Source: Nitrospirota bacterium (GTDB taxonomy: Bacteria; Nitrospirota; UBA9217). From it: a DNA stretch of 64,000 bases. Position 1 is the first letter of the stretch. Every line of letters begins with the position of its first letter. Below are positions 8,709-19,136 of this stretch, one piece after another. Position numbers and translations under genes: made by a program. The notes beneath the pieces were generated by a model that searched no databases, was not told the origin of the DNA, and saw only the letters and a list, made by a program, of their open reading frames with translations. Location: the NCBI GenBank assembly GCA_963796285.1, contig CAWCKW010000013.1, positions 1 to 64,000 of the forward strand, in the 5' to 3' direction.

Positions 8709-10352
8709 ATGGGATTAAAAGAATACACATCCAAACGGGAATTCGAGAAAACACCCGAACCGAAACCGGTCCTCCACTCGGAGGGGAGCGGTCTCAGGTT
8801 TGTCGTTCACAAACACGCGGCCCGGGCTCTTCACTATGATCTCAGGCTGGAGCTGGATGGGGTGCTGAAGAGCTGGGCCGTGCCGAGGGGCCCCTCGCTG
8901 GAGCCTTCCTCGAAAAGGCTGGCTGTCATGGTGGAAGACCATCCGCTTGATTACAAGGATTTTGAAGGCGTTATCCCGGAGGGCAATTACGGCGCGGGAA
9001 GCGTCATCATCTGGGACAAGGGCTTTTATCATCACCCTTCCGCGCGGAGATGAGAAGGAAAGCGAGAAACTTCTTCGGGACGGATTGAGAAAAGGGGATT
9101 TGAAGTTCGTCCTCGAAGGGGAAAAGCTTCATGGTGAATTCGCGCTGGTAAAAACGGGAAAGGACGGGAAGTCGTGGCTCCTCCTGAAGAAAAAAGATCG
9201 CAATGCGACCAAAGAGTGACATTCTCAAGGAGAACCGTTCCGTCGTGTCCCATAAGACCCTGGAGGAGATGCTCGAAGCCGACACGCATAAAATCGTTCA
9301 GACAAAAAAAATTAAACCAGATCCGTGCTTCACGAAGCAATGGAAACCGAAGACCTGAAGGATGCGCCGGTCAAACCGATGCCGCAAGCTGTACGACCGA
9401 TGCTCGCGACCGTGGTCAAGGAACCGTTTGATCATCCCGATTGGATCTTTGAGGTGAAATGGGACGGATACCGGGCCGTTGCCGAAATCCGGGATGGGGC
9501 TGTTTCGCTTTACTCCCGGAACGGGATCTCGTTCAACAAAAAGTTTTCTCCCGTTGCGGAGTCGCTTCGGAAATTCAGATTTGACGCTGTTCTGGACGGT
9601 GAGATCGTCGTGCTGGATGACCAGGGACGCTCCGATTTTCAGAAGCTGCAGCATTACCAGGACTCCGGAAGCGGTCATTTGATCTACTACGTTTTCGATC
9701 TCCTCTACTTCCAGGGACATGATCTGACGGGCCTGCCCCTGCTCAGGAGGAAAGAACTCCTGAAAAAGATCCTCCCCTCTTCCCCGAAAATACGATTCAG
9801 CGATCACATAGCGAAGGAAGGCGTCTTGTTTTACCGGGTCTCCAAAGAAAAGGGACTGGAAGGGATCATCGCCAAGCATTCTCAAAGCGTATACGAAACG
9901 GGCAAAAGGAGCCGGCAGTGGCTGAAGGTGAAGACGCGGCCCACTCAGGAGGGCGTGATCGCGGGATTCACGGAACCGGGAGGCGGCAGAAAATATTTCG
10001 GCGCCCTTGTCCTGGGCGTGTTCGAAGGGGAGCGAATTTGTCTACATCGGCAATGTGGGAGGCGGATTCACGGTGAAACAATTTAAAGGACATCCGCGAA
10101 CAATTGGACCCCCTGATCCAGAAAGAATGCCCGTTTACCGTGAAACCCGAGACCAATGCCCCGGTCACCTGGGTAAGGCCGGAGCTGGTCTGCGAGGTTA
10201 CCTTGTCCGGATGGACTGACGATGCCGTCATGAGGCAGCCCGCTTTCCTGCGGCTGCGAGAGGATAAAGCCGCCCGCGAAGTGGTGCGCGAAAAGGCCGA
10301 AGCCTTTTCTCGCGGAGGCGCAGAGATCGCGAAGAAAACAATTAAGAAGTAA
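8709..10352 (+). CDS. ligD: LigD phosphoesterase + ATP-dependent ligase, split by about 5 indels
   Basis: [18 protein letters not shown] (PE), EVKWDGYR (motif I), [21 protein letters not shown] across successive frames. Confidence 0.9.
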
Positions 10353-10394
10353 GAAATGCGAATTAAGAAGTTCACGGAAAGGTCGTGATGAATC

Positions 10395-11134
10395 ATGAAA
10401 ATCCATGTCGGTACAAGCGGGTTTGCACATAAGGAATGGAAAGGAAAATTCTATCCTGAAAAGATCTCGCCCAAGGAAATGCTTCGCTTCTATTCAGAAC
10501 GCCTCAACACGGTAGAGATCAACAATACCTTTTATCACATGCCCAAAGAGAGCGTGCTCACGTCCTGGGCAGAACAGGTCGGCGGTGATTTTGTTTTCGC
10601 GCTCAAAGCGCCCCAGGTCATTACGCATATGAAGCAGCATGCGAAATGTGTTCGCCGAGACCGAGTATCTCTTCAAGACGCTGTCAACTCTTGGACAAGA
10701 AACTGGGGCCGGTCCTTTTTCAGTTTCCCAAGAGTTTTCGTGCAGACAGGTCCGCGCTGGAAGATTTTCTCGCCTCTGATTCCCGGCAACATGGCCTGCG
10801 CATTCGATTTCCGCAGCCCATCGTGGCTCGATAATGAAATTCTGGACATCCTTCGTGAAAAGGGATGCAGCCTGGTGCATCGACGATACGGACGAGAACC
10901 AGATCCAGGAAATCATCAGTACGGCGCCCTGGGGGTACCTGCGCCTGCGCCGCTCTGATTATACGGATGCCGATCTGTCCCAGTGGTTGGAGAGGATCCG
11001 TTCGCAGAAATGGGAGAGGGCATTCGTTTTCTTTAAGCACGAGGACGGGCCATGAAATGGCGATGCGGTTTCAGGGGGTTATCGATTCAATCGGAAATAA
11101 GGGCAAGCAAGCCGAGATAAGAAGAGCCGAATAG
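10395..11134 (+). CDS. DUF72 (YecE) family protein, frameshifted
   Basis: IHVGTSGF..W.G.FYP, VEINNTFY, GPVLFQFPKSF, YLRLR, FVFFKHE. Confidence 0.9.
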
Positions 11135-11341
11135 AGAAGAATTATTGTTTTTCCTGCGGTCACGCCTGCTACAGAAAAAACCTTTGCCGCAAGTGAATGC
11201 CGGTATCGTGGCCTCTCACCGGATGCCTTCTGTTCCTTCTTGAGATCGGGGGGCATATTTGCACACCAAGGCTGAGTTTGCAAGTCTATCCAGCGCCGTC
11301 GGCTCATGGGCCTGATATTTTGCTTGCGGATTCCGATCGAC

Positions 11342-12632
11342 CTATGGGTCCTTGCGCTCCAATGCCTGAGGCATTCTGGATAGGAATCCTGACAAAAATA
11401 ACGCCAACAGGGTGTACGTCAGGAACAGGTAATATCCCGGCTGAAGAGACGTTCCATTCGTAGTTAAGAGCTCCACTTCCTGGGCTGCTGAGCGTAATTG
11501 GCCGAACTGGCTGGAGATGATCCCATTAAATCCGATATAGGCCATAAATATCGCAACCACCATGACATCGGCCATGGACCATTTCCCGGATTTTAAGACG
11601 AAAAACCTGACCACCGGGTTCGCCCGTGCATTGCGATAATTGTAATAATATCCCAGTGACGAGACTATTTTTAACAGGGGGAATACAATACTGAAGGTTA
11701 CCAGCAAGACCCCGACAAATTTCATCTGAATGTCCTTATGTGTGATCATGATCCAGAAATACATCCAGAATGCTTTTGCTCTGGAAATATAACACCTGGT
11801 TCTCAAAGAGGATGGGATGCCCCATCAGCATAAAACTCATCTGTGAGATTTTTGCTTCCATATCGATCATGGGCGTGGTAACGCCGGCTATCAGCAGTAT
11901 GATAAGGGACAGAACAAGGAGAATATACTGGGAGGGGGCCAAAGTTTGCTTGCTAAAACCAGACAAAGCAAAAAGGATGACCGACAGAATGATCAACACG
12001 ACAGCCTCCTTAACGATCAGGTCATCCTTATCCAAAATGGTCCTATTGAGCTTGATCCTCGCGCTTTTGATATCGTTAGAACCAGTCCTCAGAAGAATGC
12101 TGCTCAGGCGAGCTGTATTCTGCGTATCAAAGGTTTGATTAAAATATTGTTCCAGCTGTTTGTTCAGCATGGTCTTTATCTGACCCTTTGTTTTCGATTT
12201 TGTCATTTCATGCATAATGGCATCCGCATATTCAGGGATTCCTTTTTTAACATCTTCCGGACTGACAAGCATATTGATGATGGATTGTTTGAGCCTGCCC
12301 CCGGCGGAGCCTTCGTTCTCTTCCCTGATTTTCTTGTAGACCTTATCAATAAGTGTATTCAACAGAACTTCGATATGTTTCCGCAACTCCCGCTCATCCG
12401 TCCTTGACAAATCCAGCTTATCGATCTCCTCGGCAAGAATTGCGTTAATTTGTCGTTTCCATTCGTCAACACTGAAAAGGCCGTATTTGACATGGTTGAG
12501 TTCGGCATAATCGTTTTTGTCTTGTTGGTTGATAATTGCATTTGAAATAATTTGATGGCATAACATGACCGATGCGATGATGATTATTACGGACAGGATC
12601 GAATTGAACAGTTTTAAAGTAGAGACCTTCAT
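11342..12632 (-). CDS. pqiA: Paraquat-inducible protein A family membrane protein with N-terminal extension (frameshift near 11765)
   Basis: FSIVFPLLK, GKWSMADVMVVAIF and PGYYLF PqiA motifs; two ORFs join by removing one T. Confidence 0.8.
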
Positions 12633-12678
12633 CGTCAGTGACCAGAGAGGAAATTTCGAACTCACCTCTTTATTCCTT

Positions 12679-13512
12679 TCATTTAGTGTCCTTACCCAAT
12701 TCCATTTTCGTCAGGGTGGACACGATGGACCCGATGGCGATCGTGCTCTTCATGAGAACCGGGATTTTCCGGCTATCGTCCGTAAGCCAGATGAAGATCT
12801 CCCCCTTGTTCATGAAGACCCCCTCATACTTGGGAAAGGTCCTGACCTTGATCGTAGCGAACTCCCCGGCCGGCGTCGTCACTTTCTCCCTGCCCAGGGT
12901 TTGGACCTCAACGGACCAGTTCTTACCGCTATCGTGAACGTGTATGGTAATTGGCTTGCCGACGATGAAGTCATCCAGGGTCCTGAGATAATAGAGGGAC
13001 GACAAGGCGTCCTGAACCTGATCGGGTATTTTTAGGGTCTCCGGCGGGTCCTGGTTCAATGTGCTGATGACTGTTTTATTTACATGGTCGAATACCAGTT
13101 CGCGATTTCTCTTTTTCTTGCCGTGGACTTCGGTGAGGCTGAACTTGAGGCTTTGCATGATCTCCGGGTCAAAGACGCTCTCAAGCCTGTCGTTCACCCG
13201 GTAGAACGTATCCACCAGGCCCGCGGAGTGTGTCGTCACGACGAACAAGAGGACCTTTTTCCCGTCCGGCAGCGTTCCTTCTTTGATCTCCGTGGTCGCG
13301 GTCCCCGCCGTGACGATATTCGACCAGGTGATATCGTAGGTCAGTATTTCTCCCGGCGCCAATGCCTCGATGTTAGGCTGGATAGGGGCAACTGTCTGCT
13401 CTTCCGCTCTGATCGCTCCGGGGAAAAGCAATAGTCCGAGGGCGAGTGAGCACAGGACAACCGGACGCCCCATGCGTCCTAAACGATGGAATGCATTCAT
13501 CGCGATCATCAT
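12679..13512 (-). CDS. DUF3108 domain exported protein
   Basis: GEILTYDITW, DALSSLYYLR, E.VTTPAGEF, IWLTDDSRKIPV. Confidence 0.85.
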   Translation of the reverse strand: MMIAMNAFHRLGRMGRPVVLCSLALGLLLFPGAIRAEEQTVAPIQPNIEALAPGEILTYDITWSNIVTAGTATTEIKEGTLPDGKKVLLFVVTTHSAGLVDTFYRVNDRLESVFDPEIMQSLKFSLTEVHGKKKRNRELVFDHVNKTVISTLNQDPPETLKIPDQVQDALSSLYYLRTLDDFIVGKPITIHVHDSGKNWSVEVQTLGREKVTTPAGEFATIKVRTFPKYEGVFMNKGEIFIWLTDDSRKIPVLMKSTIAIGSIVSTLTKMELGKDTK

Positions 13513-13544
13513 TCTCCGCGCCTCCTTTGAGCATTGCCGGCCAT

Positions 13545-13949
13545 TTATGTCTGAAAGTACTTCCGGACTTTCCCCGCAATCTGCGGCACGGTCATCTTGT
13601 CGGCAGTCTCAACACCTGCTATACGTCCGCTGAGCTTGGCTCTTTCGGCCCGTTTTACCAGTTCACCCTTTGCCTCGCCGGGACCGAAGATCAGAATTAC
13701 TTCCGCATCGCGAATATGTGAGATCACCTCATCGTAGTATGCATCGAGATGTCCCGTAAGGCCTCTCTCCTGCGAATCATCCGCCGGAACCAGCTGAGCT
13801 TCAAAGGGTGTCGTTGAACGTACACCCTCGGAGCGGCCGAGTTGTTTATCCACGTGGGACAGTATTTCTTGAACATCCTCGCCTTTGTCCGTGACCGTCA
13901 CGATAACAGCCTTCCTATGGTCGATCCATAAACCCGTTGTCGTTTTCAT
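13545..13949 (-). CDS. Host attachment / baeRF (eRF1 domain-like) protein
   Basis: GLWIDHRKAVIV and ILIFGPGEAKGEL motifs. Confidence 0.75.
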   Translation of the reverse strand: MKTTTGLWIDHRKAVIVTVTDKGEDVQEILSHVDKQLGRSEGVRSTTPFEAQLVPADDSQERGLTGHLDAYYDEVISHIRDAEVILIFGPGEAKGELVKRAERAKLSGRIAGVETADKMTVPQIAGKVRKYFQT

Positions 13950-13967
13950 AGACGTCTCCTTGAGATT

Positions 13968-14066
13968 TTAAGCAAGTTCAATATCATAGCCTGACGGAAT
14001 GAGCCACTGGGTGAGCAGCCTGCGATTGGCATCCTCATCGTTGATGATCAGTATCTTTTCGCTCAT
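13968..14066 (-). pseudogene. Truncated receiver-domain fragment (32 aa)
   Basis: MSEKILIINDEDANRRLLTQWLIPSGYDIELA*; ATGA overlap with the upstream kinase stop. Confidence 0.6.
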
Positions 14067-17000
14067 CTATCCAGGACCTCCCTCATCTTGATCAAAAGGT
14101 CTTGCGGCGGGAAAGGCTTCTGGATGAAGTCGAAACCGGCCTCTGTCAATTCTTTGGTCTTGATGATATCCATGGTATATCCGCTCACAAAGAGTATTTT
14201 TATCCCGGGGTTGACTTTTCTGATCGCCTCACTGACCTCTTTCCCGTTTTTCTTCGGCATGATCATATCAAGCAGGACGATGCTGATACGGTCCCTGTTC
14301 TTTATGAATTTTATGATCGCATCTTCCCCGTCCTCTGCGGTGATGACACTGTAGCCGAAGGACTCCAGCACGATCCTTGCCAAATTCCTCAGGGCAGCGT
14401 CGTCCTCTGCCACAAGGATTGTCTCATTGCCGCCCTTGATAGGGACCGCCACCTCCGTCTTCTTATCCACGGATGCCGCTGCTTCAGCGAGAGGCAGGTA
14501 TATTTTGAATACGGTACCTTGTCCCGGTTCGCTGTAGACCTTTATGTATCCGTTATGCTGTTTGATTATTCCGTAGGAAATTGCAAGGCCAAGCCCTGTC
14601 CCTTCGCCAATGCCTTTTGTCGTAAAAAATGGCTCGAATACCTTCTTTAGAGTTTCCGCATCCATGCCCTGACCCGTATCGGCAACCGTGATAAGCGCAT
14701 ACTTTCCGGGCTTTCCATATCCATACGCAGCAACATACTCATCATCCAGTTCCTTAAGTTCCGTGTGGATCGTCAGCCGTCCACACTCCTGCATCGCGTC
14801 CCTTGCATTTGTGGCAAGGTTTATCAGCACCAGTTCTATCTGTCCGGCATCAGCCAGCACTATCAAGGGCCTGTCCGTAAGGTCCAGTTTAAAATCGATA
14901 CATTCTCTGATGATCCGGCCAAGCATTTTCTGCAGCCCGAGGACAAGCTCATTGATATCAACGGGCTTTACTTCAACGGCCTGTTTTCTGCTGAAGACAA
15001 GCAGCCTTTTGGTCAGATTCGCAGCCCTGTCGGCGGCAATGAGCACTTCACTCATCTGATCCTTTGAAGGACTGCCGGCTTCCAACTTGTCCATGACCAT
15101 GGTGCCATATCCCATAATTACATTGAGGATATTATTGAAATCATGCGCAATCCCCCCTGCCAGAGTGCCGATCGCCTCCATCTTCTGGGCGTGACGGAGT
15201 TGGGCTTCAAGCTTTCGATGCTCTGTGACATCAATCCCGATGCTGGCCACTCCCACGACTTTACCTTTTGTGTCCCGCAACATTGAGTGGTTCCATTCTA
15301 TATTTATTTTGTTGCCGTCTCTCGTGATGATTAAACTCTCATAATGTGGGGGGATGGTTCCTGCTGCAATGCCGGAGGTAAACATGGAGCGGGTAGTCTC
15401 CCTTATTCTGCGGCAAAAAATGGTCGAACCAGCGTTTATTGAGCACTTCATCTCTTGTCCAGCCGGTAAGATGAAGAAGATAGTCATTACAGAAAGTAAT
15501 GTTTCCGTCACTATCCAGCATTACTCGCAATAAGATTAATTGTTTCAAGGAGGTCCCTGAATTTTTTTTCCGATGAAAAAAGGGCCTGTTCTGCGCGTTT
15601 AAACTCGGTGATGTCCATATATGTTCCGAGTACGCCGATGATCTCCCCATTTGTACTGAGCAGAGGCAATCTTGCTCGTCAGAAGCGTAATGGTGTCGCC
15701 GTCGGGGGTCGTCTGGGGTTCTTCAATGAGAAACTTGGAGCCGCCGCTCTCGATGACCTTGCGGTCATCGCTGCGATACAATTCCGCCTGCTCACGCCAC
15801 CCCATCTGATAATCATCTTTCCCGATGATGTCCTTCGAATCGGCAAATCCCGCATCGCGCGCGAATGCCGCGTTACAGCCCAGGTAGACGAGATTTTTGT
15901 CCTTCCAGAATACCCTCACGGGTATAGCGTTGATGATCCCTTCGAGGATCTGCTGTGATTCACGCAGCGCATCCAGCGCCCGCTTGCGTTCAGAGACGTC
16001 GCGAATGTTACATTGTGCCAGCTTTGCCCTGTCGACCATATAGATGTCCGTGTTGATATATTGCCCGGACCTGGTTTTTACCGCAACATCATCGTAATTA
16101 AGAATACCGCTCTTGTCCAAATTTTGCATGATCGCTTGGGAAATCACTCATATCGAGCGAGACACCGATATCCTGCAGCTTTTTCCCGATGTACTCCTCT
16201 TCGGAATAACCCAGCATTTTCTCGGCGGCCGGATTAGCCTTGACTATATGACCTGCTTGTTTTTCGAGAAGCACTATCCCGTCGCTTGCTGTCTCAAAAA
16301 TACGCCTGTAGCGCAATTCAGACTCTGTCAGCATGTCTGCCAGTCTGCTTGCGCTCGGTAATGTCCTCAATGGCCAGAAGGATGATCCGCTCCTTGCCCC
16401 TCCCTCGTTTAATCTGCCGGGCATTCAGAAGCATTATGCGTCTGCCAATGGTGGAAAAATCGTGTTCAACCTCATAGTTATCAAATGTTGTCTTTTGGGG
16501 AAGGATGGTTTCCAGCAGTTCACGCAGCAAGGGGATATCCCACTGTTTATTGCCCAGGTCATAAATAAGCTGCCCCACGGTCTCTTCAGGTTTTACCTTG
16601 AAGAATTCATAAAAGGAACGGCTGGCGGAGACCACCCTGAGATCTTGGTCCAGAGCGATCAAGGGTTCGCGCACGGTGTTGATGATGCTCTCGGCGAATT
16701 CGCGGGCTTCATCTCCTTCGTCATTGCAGAAACTTTATTCTTAGAAGCGACTTTACCCTGGCTAATAGCTCATGTTTATCAAAAGGCTTGGAGATAAAGT
16801 CATCGCATCCTGCCTCAAGGGCTTTTACCCTGTCTTCGGTTTCCTTAAGCACCGTGACCATGACTACCGGGATCAGCCGTGTCTTTTTATCGGCGCGTAA
16901 TTTCTCCAGCACTTCGATGCCGGACATCTTGGGCATCATTACGTCCAGCAGAACCAGATCGATTTGATTATTGGAAAGTTTTTCCAGCGCCTCTTCGCCG

Positions 17001-17107
17001 CTTGCCGCTTTGACGACTTCGTACCCCTCCGGCGCAAGATGTGCTTCGAGAAGTTCGATGTTTTGGGGCTGATCGTCGACAACTAATATTACCGGTTTGT
17101 CTTTCAT
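14063..17107 (-). CDS. Hybrid sensor kinase REC-PASx4-HisKA-HATPase-REC, multiply frameshifted
   Basis: ORF fragments 16721-17107, 16318-16674, 16098-16424, 15599-16147 and 14063-15511 concatenate; AHDFNNIL H-box, GTGLGL G-box. Confidence 0.85.
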
Positions 17108-17240
17108 TGTCTATCACCTTTGCTTATAACTTTCCGATACAGGAGAAAAATCATGTGATGAATTCACTGATTTCTTTTTTGCCATGGCGCTCGTATTTAT
17201 CGGTTTGCCTGTGAATCCGCTGTTCGGTATGGCGTTTAAA

Positions 17241-18734
17241 CTATGTTTCGTTTAACGTAAAGTAAAATGCAGCTCCCTTGCCCGGTTCTCCCTCAGCCCA
17301 TACCTTCCCGCCGTGGCGGTGGATGATGCGCTGCACCGTAGCGAGGCCGATGCCGGTCCCTTCGAACTCATCCTCCGAATGCAGGCGATGGAAAGGTAAA
17401 AAAAGCTTTTCGGAGAAGCGTTGGTCAAAACCGGCCCCGTTGTCCCTCACATAATAGACGATCTTTCCTTCCTCCTTGATCGTTCCAAATTGGATTCCGG
17501 CATTTTTTATTTTTGAGGTAAACTTCCACGCATTGCCGAGAAGATTCGAGAGCGCAACCTCGATCAACTTGACATCGGCAAACGCCGCGATGCCTTCTTG
17601 AATATCGACGGTGGCGCCTCGGTCCGGCTGCGCCTCACGAAGTTCCGCCACCACCGACGCCGCGATTTTGCTCAGGTCGACGTCCTGTCTTTGCACGCCT
17701 TTCCGTGATATCCGCGAAAGGTGAAGCAGGTCGTCCATGATCCGGTTCATCCTGGCCGCGTTCTTGATGACCCGGTTAAGATGATTTTTCCCTTCGTCGT
17801 CGAGTTTGTCCGAATAACCTTCGAGCAGGACGTTGGAGAACCCCAGGATCCTGCTCAGAGGATTACGCAGGTCGTGAGACACGGAGTAGCTGAAGGCTTC
17901 CAGTTCCTTGTTCGCAGAGGCAAGTTCATCCAGGTTGTGCTGCAGGTCCGCATTCAACTTTTTGATATTCTCCTCCGCCAACCTCCGATCGGTGATATCT
18001 TCGAGGGCAAGCAGGATCAATTCAGTCCCTTCCCGGTCAATCCGTCGCGCATTCAGGAGCAGGGCCCTGCGGCCGGCGCCGGGCGCTTCATAATCGACTT
18101 CGAAGTCGTTGAACGTCGTGCCTTTCTCGAGGACATCTTCAAGCCGATTCCGGAGCTTAGGGATATTCCACCGGCCGCCTTGCAGGTCGTAAAAATATAC
18201 GTTTTCCGTCGCATCGGGTGTTGCCTTGAAAATCCTATAATATGCATGGTTCGCGGTGATCACTTGCAGGTCTTTGCTAAGTACGAGGAGAGGTTCCCTC
18301 ACGGTCTCGACGATCGCTTCTGCGTAATCGCGGGCTTCATCAGCTTCGTCATGCAGAGACTTTATTCTGAGAAGCGATTTTACCCGTGCAAAAAGCTCAT
18401 GCCTGTCAAAAGGCTTGGATATAAAATCATCGCATCCTGACTCAAGGGCTTTCAACCTGTCTTCGGTCTCCTTGAGCGACGTGACCATGACTACCGGGAT
18501 ACGCTGTGTCTTTTTATCGGCGCGTAATTTCGCCAGCACTTCGAAGCCGGACATCCCGGGCATTATTACATCCAGCAGAACCAGATCAATTTGATTGCCG
18601 GATATTTTCTCCATCGCTTCTGCACCGCTTGCCGCTGTGACAACGTCATACCCCCGCGGGACAAGATGTGCTCTGAGAAGTTCAACGTTTTGCGGCTGGT
18701 CATCGACAACTAATATGACTTGTTTAGCTTTCAT
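17241..18734 (-). CDS. REC-PAS-histidine kinase
   Basis: SHDLRNPL H-box, NLLGNAWKF, DNGAGFD, GTGIGL. Confidence 0.93.
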   Translation of the reverse strand: MKAKQVILVVDDQPQNVELLRAHLVPRGYDVVTAASGAEAMEKISGNQIDLVLLDVIMPGMSGFEVLAKLRADKKTQRIPVVMVTSLKETEDRLKALESGCDDFISKPFDRHELFARVKSLLRIKSLHDEADEARDYAEAIVETVREPLLVLSKDLQVITANHAYYRIFKATPDATENVYFYDLQGGRWNIPKLRNRLEDVLEKGTTFNDFEVDYEAPGAGRRALLLNARRIDREGTELILLALEDITDRRLAEENIKKLNADLQHNLDELASANKELEAFSYSVSHDLRNPLSRILGFSNVLLEGYSDKLDDEGKNHLNRVIKNAARMNRIMDDLLHLSRISRKGVQRQDVDLSKIAASVVAELREAQPDRGATVDIQEGIAAFADVKLIEVALSNLLGNAWKFTSKIKNAGIQFGTIKEEGKIVYYVRDNGAGFDQRFSEKLFLPFHRLHSEDEFEGTGIGLATVQRIIHRHGGKVWAEGEPGKGAAFYFTLNET

Positions 18735-18769
18735 AATCTATCTCAAGAATTTGAACACTATCGGTAAAC

Positions 18770-19135
18770 TCACTTAATATATTGACTGACTTCGTTCGCA
18801 AAGGTGCGCGTATTTATCGGCTTGCCGATGAATCCGCTGTTCGTTATCTTGTTTAACTCTTCTCTGCCCTCCACCATTACAGAAGCGGTCACAAACACAA
18901 TGGGGATATCGCGCGTCTCTTTGTCCTGACGCAATATCCTGGCCGCTTCTGTGCCGCGCATATCGGAAAGCCGCACATCCATAATGATAATATCCGGTTT
19001 TTCTTTCCGGGCAATGGCAATTCCACTGGCGGCATTTTCAGCTTCAAATACTTCGAAGCCGGCGACCTCCAAAAGGTCTTTTTCCAGCTCAAGATTGTTT
19101 CCATTGTCGTCGATAACCAACGCTTTCTTCTTCAT
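18770..19135 (-). CDS. Single-domain response regulator (DivK-like)
   Basis: LVIDD, PDIIIMD, VTA, KPI. Confidence 0.92.
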   Translation of the reverse strand: MKKKALVIDDNGNNLELEKDLLEVAGFEVFEAENAASGIAIARKEKPDIIIMDVRLSDMRGTEAARILRQDKETRDIPIVFVTASVMVEGREELNKITNSGFIGKPINTRTFANEVSQYIK

Positions 19136-19136
19136 C

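Noticed and set aside
9040-10090. Programmed ribosomal frameshifting in ligD
   Set aside because: Five scattered shifts without slippery heptamers, and the same pattern occurs in unrelated genes.
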